A DNA stretch of 64,000 nucleotides. Source: a virus (taxonomy: Duplodnaviria; Caudoviricetes). Positions 40,353 to 48,229 of the stretch are shown here, piece by piece (within the stretch, counting starts at the first letter, position 1; the number at the start of each line of letters is the position of its first letter). Both the position numbers and the translations under genes were made by a program. The DNA is taken from positions 64,001 through 128,000 of the IMG/VR virus record IMGVR_UViG_3300002092_001784; one strand, given 5' to 3'. The notes below the pieces were generated by a model. The model saw only the letters and a list, made by a program, of their open reading frames with translations, was not told the origin of the DNA and made no database searches.

Positions 40353-40405
40353 TAGCAAAGACGAGAAGTCAATCATTCGTTTGTGACAGGTGTGGAAAGA
40401 CATAC
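40353..40405 (+). ncRNA. Second GACAG..GGAAAGAC motif
   Basis: Helix ending in TGA, then CAGGTGTGGAAAGACATAC. Confidence 0.4.
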
Positions 40406-40410
40406 GATAT

Positions 40411-40485
40411 GGTCCGGTAGCCCAATTTGGTAGAGGCAGCAGACTTAAACCCTGCATAGTGAGAGTTCAAATCTCTTTCGGACTA
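40411..40485 (+). tRNA. tRNA-Leu(TAA) with short variable loop
   Basis: GCAGA-CTTAAAC-CCTGC; A73. Confidence 0.82.
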
Positions 40486-40495
40486 CAATTATTAA

Positions 40496-40569
40496 CGGCG
40501 AATCGTCTAATTTGGTTAGGACGCAAATCTGATAAGTTTGTAATCCCAGTTCGAAGCTGGGCTCGCCGA
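40496..40569 (+). tRNA. tRNA-Ile(GAT)
   Basis: CAAAT-CTGATAA-GTTTG. Confidence 0.88.
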
Positions 40570-40586
40570 CAAACAATAAAAAAAAT

Positions 40587-40678
40587 GGAAGTATAAATCC
40601 CAGATGGACTAAGGGAGCCGGTCTTGAAAACCGTAGGTCGCTAAACACGGCGTGTAAGTTCGAGTCTTACTACTTCCG
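40587..40678 (+). tRNA. tRNA-Ser(TGA)
   Basis: CCGGT-CTTGAAA-ACCGT; long variable arm; G73. Confidence 0.9.
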
Positions 40679-40781
40679 CAGCATGTGTGATATATCACTC
40701 ATTAATGATTAATTTGATTAAAATAAACAACATTATGAAAAAACTATTTGACAAGTATTAGGTTAATTAAAACCTAGTATT

Positions 40782-41003
40782 ATGAAACCGTACAAAAAAT
40801 CAATGATTGCTAAAACTACAACTTGTAGAAAAGAATACAAAGTAGTTACTAACCGTTTTTATAAAGACCCGTATTGGGATGAAGGGCTATACTTTTATCC
40901 AACAATACGAAAGGGTTATAAAAACCCTAACAGACAGATTATGAGTTATCAGATTAGAATGTATCGAACTTGGAAACATAATCGGAAAACTCAATGGAAA
41001 TAA
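40782..41003 (+). CDS. Hypothetical basic protein
   Basis: 73 aa, ends YRTWKHNRKTQWK. Confidence 0.6.
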   Translation: MKPYKKSMIAKTTTCRKEYKVVTNRFYKDPYWDEGLYFYPTIRKGYKNPNRQIMSYQIRMYRTWKHNRKTQWK

Positions 41004-41010
41004 ACAATAC

Positions 41011-41092
41011 ACATTCGCTCATTGGCGTGACCAGCCGGCTCCAACCCGGTAATGCGTAAGCGTGGTTGAGGGTTCGAATCCCTACGAATGTG
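41011..41092 (+). tRNA. Atypical tRNA-Trp(CCA) with long variable arm
   Basis: ACATTCG/CGAATGT-G; GCCGG-CTCCAAC-CCGGT; extra arm ATGCG-TAAG-CGTG. Confidence 0.65.
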
Positions 41093-41098
41093 CACTAT

Positions 41099-41171
41099 AC
41101 GTAAGTAGCTCAATTGGTAGAGTAGTGGTCTCCAAAACCACCGGTTGGGAGTTCGAGTCTCTCCTTACGTG
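41099..41171 (+). tRNA. tRNA-Trp(CCA)
   Basis: GTGGT-CTCCAAA-ACCAC. Confidence 0.92.
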
Positions 41172-41174
41172 CAT

Positions 41175-41251
41175 GGCCTTATGGTGTAATTGAATAACAC
41201 GCTTCGCTACGGACGAAGAGAGTGAGGGTTTGAATCCTTCTAGGGTCACCA
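41175..41251 (+). tRNA. tRNA-Arg(ACG)
   Basis: CTTCG-CTACGGA-CGAAG; CCA encoded. Confidence 0.9.
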
Positions 41252-41253
41252 AT

Positions 41254-41327
41254 TTAACAATTTCTTAACATTAAAAATTTGGAAATACTGAATAAATGTA
41301 GTATATTTGATTATAAAATTAAGAGAT
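41254..41327 (+). promoter_or_regulatory. Extended promoter
   Basis: TTAACA-N5-TTAACA, TTTG-N20-TATATTTG. Confidence 0.78.
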
Positions 41328-41468
41328 ATGACAAAAGTATGGATAGCCGATGTAAACCGAAAAGATGGTAGGAAGCTAGTTTCATTTTGGAACAGTACTT
41401 TGACCGGAACATATTTTATTGAAAAGAATCGTTTTGGTAAACTTTATTCAGTAATCAAACAGTTTTAA
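41328..41468 (+). CDS. Small protein (46 aa), not in ORF track
   Basis: MTKVWIADVNRKDGRKLVSFW..., directly after the promoter. Confidence 0.55.
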   Translation: MTKVWIADVNRKDGRKLVSFWNSTLTGTYFIEKNRFGKLYSVIKQF

Positions 41469-41471
41469 GTT

Positions 41472-42194
41472 ATGAAACAGTTAATCGGATTTACCATTAA
41501 GTATTATACATTGTGGAATTATTCAGAAGAGCCGCAATACGTTACGGATGCATATGGTAATCATCATCAAAGTGGTATCAAACAGCATTATGAATACATT
41601 AAGAATGTAAGTTTTGATATTGAAAAGGTGAAGAAACTACACCCCGAACTTTCAATCGATGAAGGGCTTAGGGGTAAGACCAGTAGTTGGTATGATTACA
41701 AAAAGATTGATTTACCTAACAACATTTTTTGGGGTGGTAAATATACCGGTCTATTGATTGATGAAATTCTGGTTAGAGATTTTAAGTATTGCCGATGGGC
41801 TGCATCGAATTACAGTCAGGTGGAAGAATATCTTTCAACCTGTCCGTTTTATTTGGAGCAGATGGGTCAACAACAAAAACGGTTGGATGAACAACTAAAA
41901 TCAGCAGGATTGTTAACCGAAGGTCAGATTGCTACTATTCATTTTACATCAAATGGATATAACGCCAATGATGAATTTACAGAGTGTTGGGCAACTGGTA
42001 TTTATGATTCTATTGGGGTTAAGGTGATGTTTAACGGTGTTAAACGGGTTGGTGGTATGTATCCTTATCTAATGCCATTGGTTAACGGAAAGTGTCAAAA
42101 AACGAAAGGAAAGGCATTTCAAATTGAAGTGGCTGAAGTATTCAATACGAATGTTTACAAAGATACAATTACTCAACAGATACGAATTAAATAA
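41472..42194 (+). CDS. Hypothetical protein
   Basis: 240 aa ORF. Confidence 0.65.
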   Translation: MKQLIGFTIKYYTLWNYSEEPQYVTDAYGNHHQSGIKQHYEYIKNVSFDIEKVKKLHPELSIDEGLRGKTSSWYDYKKIDLPNNIFWGGKYTGLLIDEILVRDFKYCRWAASNYSQVEEYLSTCPFYLEQMGQQQKRLDEQLKSAGLLTEGQIATIHFTSNGYNANDEFTECWATGIYDSIGVKVMFNGVKRVGGMYPYLMPLVNGKCQKTKGKAFQIEVAEVFNTNVYKDTITQQIRIK

Positions 42195-42198
42195 AGTT

Positions 42199-42582
42199 AT
42201 GACAAAAGAAGAAATTGAATTAGTTAATAGTAAGTGTCCTTATGAGCAGGGTATATTTGTTGAACCATGGGCGATTCCAATCCATATCAAAGAACCTGTA
42301 ATTTATTGTAGATATGAAACTGGTGGGTATCGTGGTGGCGGTTATTGGAATGATGGTGAACCTACATATTATGAAGAAGATGCACCTGATGACAAGTTCA
42401 AAGTATTGGATTTGGTATTGGAAATTCTGAAACCAAATATATCATATTTACAGTATAAAAAAATAGAAAATATGATACACGACAATTACGAAACCGAATA
42501 TGAATATTACGGTAATTCTACAAATTGGAAAGTTGAATACATTATTTTATCTGAATTGGAGAAATTCTTAGAAAATTGTTAA
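42199..42582 (+). CDS. Hypothetical protein
   Basis: Start moved to AAGTT-ATG at 42199. Confidence 0.6.
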   Translation: MTKEEIELVNSKCPYEQGIFVEPWAIPIHIKEPVIYCRYETGGYRGGGYWNDGEPTYYEEDAPDDKFKVLDLVLEILKPNISYLQYKKIENMIHDNYETEYEYYGNSTNWKVEYIILSELEKFLENC

Positions 42583-42586
42583 CAAT

Positions 42587-42892
42587 ATGAACATAGACGA
42601 ATACAAAGAACTTGAAGATGAATTGTTGTCAAAACATCGGTTTGAATTACATAAGTTGCGTTCGGATTATGTTGCCAATAATAAAAAATACAGTATTGGC
42701 GACTTTGTTTATAATGTAACTGGAATTATTCGGGTCGATAGTGTAGGTTATAGGTTGTTCTTGGGTGGTATTGAGATTGTTTATACCGGATACCGATATA
42801 AGAAACAAAATGGACAAATCAGTAGAACAAAGGATAAGCTAATGGCAACTTTATGGGAAAGTCATAAACTTAAATTGTTAACAATTTCTTAA
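42587..42892 (+). CDS. Hypothetical protein
   Basis: 101 aa ORF. Confidence 0.6.
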   Translation: MNIDEYKELEDELLSKHRFELHKLRSDYVANNKKYSIGDFVYNVTGIIRVDSVGYRLFLGGIEIVYTGYRYKKQNGQISRTKDKLMATLWESHKLKLLTIS

Positions 42893-42950
42893 CATCAAAA
42901 GTTTGGAAATCCAAAATAAATGTAGTATATTTGAATATAATCATTAAGAG
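42878..42950 (+). promoter_or_regulatory. Extended promoter
   Basis: TTAACA-N5-TTAACA, TTTG-N20-TATATTTG. Confidence 0.78.
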
Positions 42951-42959
42951 ATATACATT

Positions 42960-43556
42960 ATGAAACCTTCGAAAATTACAGTTCAGATTAACGGTGTTAA
43001 ACTTCAACTTCCAGAAACGGCTATTAAAAAAACGAATTGGAAGGGTGAACCGATTACTCCTTATATTGAGATTGGACAAGTAGAAACCGCTTCCCTTTCT
43101 AAACAGTATGTTAAACTAAAATATCCGAACGTATCCGTTTCAGCAAGTTCAGATTCATATTCCGGTGGGTGTAGTTGTAATGTGTATCTTTCCGATGAAT
43201 ATGGGTTTCCGGTATCGAAAACGATTCTTAACGATGTTCAGAAGTTTGCATATCAGTTTCAATCGGGTCACTTCGATGGTATGACCGATAGTTACAATTA
43301 CAATGAAGTTGACCCTACTTCGGATAACGGAACTCGTCTTTCAACTGGATGTAGTTATGTGTTTGTTAACAACCGACCAAAGTTTGGTTCGGGTCCTGAT
43401 ATTATCCGTTCCATTAGAGAACATATGGAAGGTAAGTATAACTGTGGTGTTACCACATTTGAAGTGGCTAAAACACAAACCGCTAGGTATCACAAACCGG
43501 CCGCTATTGAAAGGGCTTTGAAAGGTGTTGATTTGAAAAAGGCATTGAAATTTTAA
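42960..43556 (+). CDS. Hypothetical protein (LPD29-like motif)
   Basis: FSVR-like VSASSDSYSGG and G.FDGMTDSY pattern. Confidence 0.55.
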   Translation: MKPSKITVQINGVKLQLPETAIKKTNWKGEPITPYIEIGQVETASLSKQYVKLKYPNVSVSASSDSYSGGCSCNVYLSDEYGFPVSKTILNDVQKFAYQFQSGHFDGMTDSYNYNEVDPTSDNGTRLSTGCSYVFVNNRPKFGSGPDIIRSIREHMEGKYNCGVTTFEVAKTQTARYHKPAAIERALKGVDLKKALKF

Positions 43557-43571
43557 TATATAAACAAAGTT

Positions 43572-43829
43572 ATGAAAAAATTGTATGAACCAAAAATTGG
43601 TAGTATTGTCAGACATACTGGATTTCAACAAAATCCAAAAGAATACCCTTGTGATGTGTATATTGTTAGTGGGCAGTTTTTCTCGAATGGTAGATTATCT
43701 AATTTCTGGGAGTGGCGTAGGGTTTTAGATGGTAACCAGCTGGGTGATATTGAAAAGGGGTATGGCGATTTTGAGGAAACTGAAAATAAATATGAAATTA
43801 ATCATACAGTTAGTATAGTTAAAACATAA
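43572..43829 (+). CDS. Hypothetical protein
   Basis: 85 aa ORF. Confidence 0.6.
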   Translation: MKKLYEPKIGSIVRHTGFQQNPKEYPCDVYIVSGQFFSNGRLSNFWEWRRVLDGNQLGDIEKGYGDFEETENKYEINHTVSIVKT

Positions 43830-43838
43830 ATAATAATT

Positions 43839-43909
43839 GTCACACAAATCAAATGGATTGGTGCTTGTCTGCAAAATAAGATTAGTGAGTTCGATTCTCA
43901 CGTGTGACT
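43839..43909 (+). tRNA. tRNA-Cys(GCA)
   Basis: CTTGT-CTGCAAA-ATAAG; U73. Confidence 0.88.
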
Positions 43910-43914
43910 CATAT

Positions 43915-43988
43915 GGTGTCTATGGTGTTAATGGTAGCATGACAGATTGTGGTTCTGTGGGTGAGAGGTTCGAATCCTCCTAGACACA
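43915..43988 (+). tRNA. tRNA-His(GTG)
   Basis: ACAGA-TTGTGGT-TCTGT; encoded G-1. Confidence 0.88.
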
Positions 43989-43997
43989 CTTAAAAAA

Positions 43998-44048
43998 ATT
44001 ATAAGGCTAGAACCTTATAATCGCATATTATAAGGCTAGAACCTTATA
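43998..44048 (+). repeat. Twin 22-nt direct repeat, each copy a hairpin
   Basis: ATTATAAGGCTAGAACCTTATA at 43998 and 44027. Confidence 0.9.
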
Positions 44049-44055
44049 TTTTTAT

Positions 44056-44141
44056 GGAGAGTGAAGTAGCAAGGTCTGTTACCACCGCCTGCTAAGCGGA
44101 TGGCTCTGAAAATGGGTACGTTTCGAATACGTCGTTCTCCG
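44056..44141 (+). tRNA. tRNA-Ser(GCT)
   Basis: CCGC-CTGCTAA-GCGG; long variable arm; G73. Confidence 0.88.
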
Positions 44142-44154
44142 CATTTATTAACTC

Positions 44155-44228
44155 GGTTCGGTAGACCAATTGGTAGAGTCAACGGCTTTAGACACCGTCC
44201 AGTGTGGGTTCGAATCCCACTCGAACTA
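44155..44228 (+). tRNA. tRNA-Leu(TAG) with short variable loop
   Basis: ACGGC-TTTAGAC-ACCGT; paralog of the tRNA at 40250. Confidence 0.82.
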
Positions 44229-44241
44229 CAAAAAGATATTT

Positions 44242-44895
44242 ATGAAATTAGTTTTAGAAAAAGGACAAAGGTTATACTTCACCTCGGATTCACACTACGG
44301 TCATCACAACATCTGTTCTGCAACTACAAAATGGGTAGATGCAGAAGATATGACTCGGGATTTCGAATCGTTGGACAGTATGAATGATATGTTGGTAGAC
44401 AATATCAATAAGTTGGTTGGTGAAAATGATATTCTATTTCATTTAGGTGACTGGTCTTTTGGTGGATTTGATAACATCAGAAAATTCAGAGAGAGGATTG
44501 CTTGTAAGAACATTCATTTGGTACTTGGTAACCATGACCACCATATCGCTAATAACAAAGATGGTGTTCAATCTCTTTTCAGTTCGGTAAACAATTATGT
44601 GTTTCTGGATGTGAGAGTACCGATTAACAAAAACCATAATGACAGACACGCATTTGTATTGTGTCACTTTCCGATTGCAAGTTGGGATAGTATGAACACA
44701 GGAGTACTGCATTTGCATGGACACACTCACCTACCTCCGCATTTAAGAATTGCCGCAGGTAGGGCAATGGACATTGGTATGGATGGGAACGGATTAGAAC
44801 CGATTGAATACACAGAGGTTGTAAACCTATTGAAAGATAGACCAATCCGAAAGTTGAGTTTACCGACGGACCACCATGAAAAAAGATTGATTTAA
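44242..44895 (+). CDS. Calcineurin-like metallophosphoesterase
   Basis: SDSHYGH, LGD, GNHD and HGHTH motifs; start moved out of the tRNA to ATG 44242. Confidence 0.9.
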   Translation: MKLVLEKGQRLYFTSDSHYGHHNICSATTKWVDAEDMTRDFESLDSMNDMLVDNINKLVGENDILFHLGDWSFGGFDNIRKFRERIACKNIHLVLGNHDHHIANNKDGVQSLFSSVNNYVFLDVRVPINKNHNDRHAFVLCHFPIASWDSMNTGVLHLHGHTHLPPHLRIAAGRAMDIGMDGNGLEPIEYTEVVNLLKDRPIRKLSLPTDHHEKRLI

Positions 44896-44927
44896 TTTGG
44901 TAATATGAAATATTTTTTGTATATTTG
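44896..44927 (+). promoter_or_regulatory. Bacteroidota promoter
   Basis: TTTG-N20-TATATTTG. Confidence 0.7.
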
Positions 44928-44944
44928 TAAAAAATAAATAAGTT

Positions 44945-45124
44945 ATGAAAGAATTAAGGATTTATGAATTTCAAGCAAAGCAAATCGAGGATACATTTCG
45001 TTTGATTGCCCGATTATTAAAATCGCAAGATAAATTAACATCTCTTGATAGAGATGTGATGCAGAGTTGGGGAATGATTGAAAATGTATTGAATGGCAAT
45101 ATCAATGAACAGGTAAAACGATAA
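44945..45124 (+). CDS. Small protein (59 aa), not in ORF track
   Basis: MKELRIYEFQAKQIEDTFRL..., AAGTT-ATG start. Confidence 0.6.
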   Translation: MKELRIYEFQAKQIEDTFRLIARLLKSQDKLTSLDRDVMQSWGMIENVLNGNINEQVKR

Positions 45125-45127
45125 GTT

Positions 45128-45568
45128 ATGACAGGTAAAGAATTGGGAGCATTACTATTTGGTATTCATCATCACGACGAACGAAGTGAAAAGATAATCT
45201 ACTTTGAAGAAGATTTATTACCAATACTTCTTGCCGCAGGATTGCCCCAACCGGAGTGGGGTGGCAGTATGGATTTGGATCAATATAGTGAATTGGAATC
45301 GGAACGATGGTTACGAGAAGCTGAACAACGAAAAGAAGAAAGAGAACGATTGAATCTATTTGTTACAGGTGATAGAGTTGTGATTGATACTACTGATTTA
45401 CAATATTTTCCATGGAAATACGAAAAGTATATTGGTGTGGTTGGGGTGGTATATTCTACTGCAATGGGTGGTGAGCAAGGAATTGGTCCGTTTCAAGAGA
45501 TTAGAGTTGACTTTAACGGAACTATAACAGAATCATTACTAAGCATATATTTTAAGCATACAATCTAA
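45128..45568 (+). CDS. Hypothetical protein
   Basis: 146 aa ORF. Confidence 0.6.
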   Translation: MTGKELGALLFGIHHHDERSEKIIYFEEDLLPILLAAGLPQPEWGGSMDLDQYSELESERWLREAEQRKEERERLNLFVTGDRVVIDTTDLQYFPWKYEKYIGVVGVVYSTAMGGEQGIGPFQEIRVDFNGTITESLLSIYFKHTI

Positions 45569-45570
45569 AT

Positions 45571-46131
45571 ATGAAAATTTTATTCCTTGACCACGATGGA
45601 GTAATTTGTTTGTCCCCACAGTGGGGAGGTCGTTTCAAAAACAAAGAAGGACTTGATTTGATGTTTGACAGATTTGATGATAAAGCAGTAAAGGTACTGA
45701 ATAAAATCATTGAAGAAACCGATTGCGAAATTGTGGTATCATCCGATTGGAGATTGTTCGCTACATTAGAGCAAATGCAAGAATTGTATCTTATCCGTGG
45801 TATCTTAAAATCACCGATTGATTATACACCACTAACCGCAGATACTGATGTAATACCTGATGGGTTTACATTTGATAGGTGGGAATGGGAAGTACAGCAA
45901 AGTAGGTGTTTTGAGATTAAAACTTGGTTAAAACGCCATACTGAAATTACGAATTGGGTGGCAGTTGATGATATGAATATGAGTTCAGATTATAAGTTTG
46001 AATACGATTCACATAAGCAGTTGTGGGGGTTGGATAATTTTGTAAGGACACCGATTTCAAATCAAGGAATTAAACAAACCGGAATTAAGGATAAAATTGT
46101 TAAAATACTTAATCAAACTCAAAATATGTAA
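45571..46131 (+). CDS. HAD-family protein (HAD_SAK_2-like)
   Basis: ILFLDHDGVI, VVSSDWR, R..EI..WL and WVAVDD motifs. Confidence 0.82.
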   Translation: MKILFLDHDGVICLSPQWGGRFKNKEGLDLMFDRFDDKAVKVLNKIIEETDCEIVVSSDWRLFATLEQMQELYLIRGILKSPIDYTPLTADTDVIPDGFTFDRWEWEVQQSRCFEIKTWLKRHTEITNWVAVDDMNMSSDYKFEYDSHKQLWGLDNFVRTPISNQGIKQTGIKDKIVKILNQTQNM

Positions 46132-46193
46132 TAATTTAACGGAACTTTATTATTGGTTGGTATATTTATAGGTGTAATAAAATACCTATAAAG

Positions 46194-47276
46194 ATGAAAA
46201 AACCCAAAGTTCTGTTTATTCTTAAAAAAAGACAAGATTACGGTGAACCACACCCAGCGCATATTGGGTTGAGTACTGGTTTATATAATTCGGCAACATT
46301 TGTTAACGATATGCTAAATGATGCAGGAATCCATTCACATATTGAAGTGGTAGTTGACAATAATGATATAGATAGAGAAGTTACTAAACACAAACCAACT
46401 CATGTTATTATTGAGGCGTTGTGGGTAGTACCATCTAAATTTGATGTGTTGTGTAAATTACACCCAACTGTAAATTGGATTATAAGGCTTCATAGTGAAC
46501 TTCCATTTTTAGCAAATGAAGGAAACGCTATGGATTGGATTGGATGTTATATACAGCATAGAAACGTACATATTGCAGTAAATGCCCCACGTACTATGAA
46601 TGATATTAAACATTATCTTCGTATCAAGATGGGCTGGTTAAATAATATGGTGAATAAGAAAGTAATTTATTTACCAAATTTTTATCCTCAGAAGTACAAA
46701 GTAAAGAAATTCAATGTGAATGATGATACTATTGATATTTCTTGTTTTGGGGCAGTTAGACCGTTTAAGAATCATCTTAATCAGGCTATGGCAGCAATTA
46801 AGTTTGCTGACAAGATTGGTAAGAAGTTGAGATTTCATATCAATACCGGTCGTTTTGAAATGAAAGGTGTATCAGTCTATACTAATTTGGTTGGATTGTT
46901 TGATCACCTATCAGATAGAGGACATAAGTTAATTAACCATGAGTGGACACACCATGATGAATTTTTGAAAATCTGTTCTCAAATGGATATTGCAATGCAA
47001 TGTTCATTTTCTGAAACTTTTAATATAGTTGCCGCAGATGAGATTTCTCAGGGAGTACCATTGGTAGCATCTAAAGAGATAGTTTGGTCGAGTTCTTTGT
47101 TTAATGCAAATCCAACAGATACGAAGTCTATTACCAATGCATTGATGCTGACATATAAGATGCCGTGTTTGAATGTAAAATGGAATAAACTTGGTTTAAC
47201 AACTTATACAAATAAGACTCGGAAAATATGGGTTGATTATTTCAAAAAACAAAACCCATTCATTCTTAACAAATAA
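46194..47276 (+). CDS. GT-B glycosyltransferase-like protein
   Basis: FGAVRPFKN and SFSETFNIVAAD (E-x7-D) motifs. Confidence 0.7.
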   Translation: MKKPKVLFILKKRQDYGEPHPAHIGLSTGLYNSATFVNDMLNDAGIHSHIEVVVDNNDIDREVTKHKPTHVIIEALWVVPSKFDVLCKLHPTVNWIIRLHSELPFLANEGNAMDWIGCYIQHRNVHIAVNAPRTMNDIKHYLRIKMGWLNNMVNKKVIYLPNFYPQKYKVKKFNVNDDTIDISCFGAVRPFKNHLNQAMAAIKFADKIGKKLRFHINTGRFEMKGVSVYTNLVGLFDHLSDRGHKLINHEWTHHDEFLKICSQMDIAMQCSFSETFNIVAADEISQGVPLVASKEIVWSSSLFNANPTDTKSITNALMLTYKMPCLNVKWNKLGLTTYTNKTRKIWVDYFKKQNPFILNK

Positions 47277-47312
47277 AATAGTGATTTTTTAATTTTTGAA
47301 TACTTATATACG

Positions 47313-47417
47313 ATGAAGAACACAATAAACACATACCCGCAACCTAGTAGACCAACAACCGTTGGGACAGGAAGAGGTACGCAAAATTACATAGTTCGGA
47401 ATCGCAAATTAGATTAA
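47313..47417 (+). CDS. Leader peptide 2 (34 aa), candidate attenuator of the Arg/Pro/Thr/Gly/Gln tRNA array
   Basis: MKNTINTYPQPSRPTTVGTGRGTQNYIVRNRKLD; 47392-47400 is complementary to the terminator 5' arm. Confidence 0.75.
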   Translation: MKNTINTYPQPSRPTTVGTGRGTQNYIVRNRKLD

Positions 47418-47440
47418 ATAAAAAACATTCATATAATTTG

Positions 47441-47480
47441 AAAAATCCGAGCTAAACATAAAGAGTTCGGATTTTTTATT
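47441..47480 (+). terminator. Attenuator terminator 2
   Basis: AAAAATCCGAGCT / AGTTCGGATTTTT followed by a T-rich tail. Confidence 0.85.
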
Positions 47481-47580
47481 TTAAGATATTAACACCATCG
47501 TTCTTTGGCATAACGGAGAAAAATAATTATGGAACAAGGCATTATTATCGATATAGATATAATGGTGAATAGTGTTATAT

Positions 47581-47653
47581 GGCCCTATGATGTAATGGAT
47601 TAGCATCAGTCCCTTCTAAGGATTTCGTTAGCGTTCGAATCGCTATGGGGCTA
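47581..47653 (+). tRNA. tRNA-Arg(TCT)
   Basis: AGTCC-CTTCTAA-GGATT. Confidence 0.9.
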
Positions 47654-47688
47654 CTAAGTTATTAAGTGTAAACTAAAAAACAGAAATT

Positions 47689-48120
47689 ATGAAATTATTA
47701 AAAATAGTATTGATATGTATATTACTATCGCTAATACCTGTTCAGTTTAAGGCTGATATTGCAGATTTGGTTGTGTTTGAAAATATATTAAAGAAAGAAC
47801 AGAAACCTCGTATTGTAACAGTAACAACATATACTGTGAATCGTAAAAAGTATACCGCTAGTGGATTTGAGGTAACTCCGGATAATCCGGCAGCAGAACG
47901 AATTATCGCAATTAGTAGGGATTTGAAGAAACGATTTGAATATGGTGAGCGTGTACTGGTTACTGGTATTGGAGAATATAGTGGGGTTTATATTATAAGG
48001 GATTTGATGGGTAAAAAGTGGAAGAACCGAATAGATATTCTAATTGATCCGGAAGATGAACATACAAAATTGTTTAATGCAAGATTGTATCGAATGGATG
48101 CTGAAGATTCAGAAAAGTAA
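47689..48120 (+). CDS. 3D-domain (peptidoglycan hydrolase-like) secreted protein
   Basis: Signal peptide; T.Y...TASG...IAISRD...D......RIDIL. Confidence 0.75.
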   Translation: MKLLKIVLICILLSLIPVQFKADIADLVVFENILKKEQKPRIVTVTTYTVNRKKYTASGFEVTPDNPAAERIIAISRDLKKRFEYGERVLVTGIGEYSGVYIIRDLMGKKWKNRIDILIDPEDEHTKLFNARLYRMDAEDSEK

Positions 48121-48128
48121 AAGTATAT

Positions 48129-48201
48129 AGCGAGTGAGGTGTAATGATTTTGCATACCGCATTTGGGATGCGGGGGAGGAGTTTGATTCTCACACTTGCT
48201 A
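48129..48201 (+). tRNA. tRNA-Pro(TGG)
   Basis: CCGCA-TTTGGGA-TGCGG; weak T stem. Confidence 0.8.
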
Positions 48202-48229
48202 CAAAAAAATAAAAACGAAGTAGTTATAT

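Noticed and set aside
43998-44048. Possible mini-CRISPR
   Set aside because: Only two repeats with a 7-nt gap, and no cas genes in the window.
44100-44387. ORFs spanning tRNA, tmRNA or ncRNA genes (also 31946, 36965, 38628, 39854, 40390, 40445 and the 44170 start)
   Set aside because: Better explained by the RNA genes; the phosphoesterase start is 44242.
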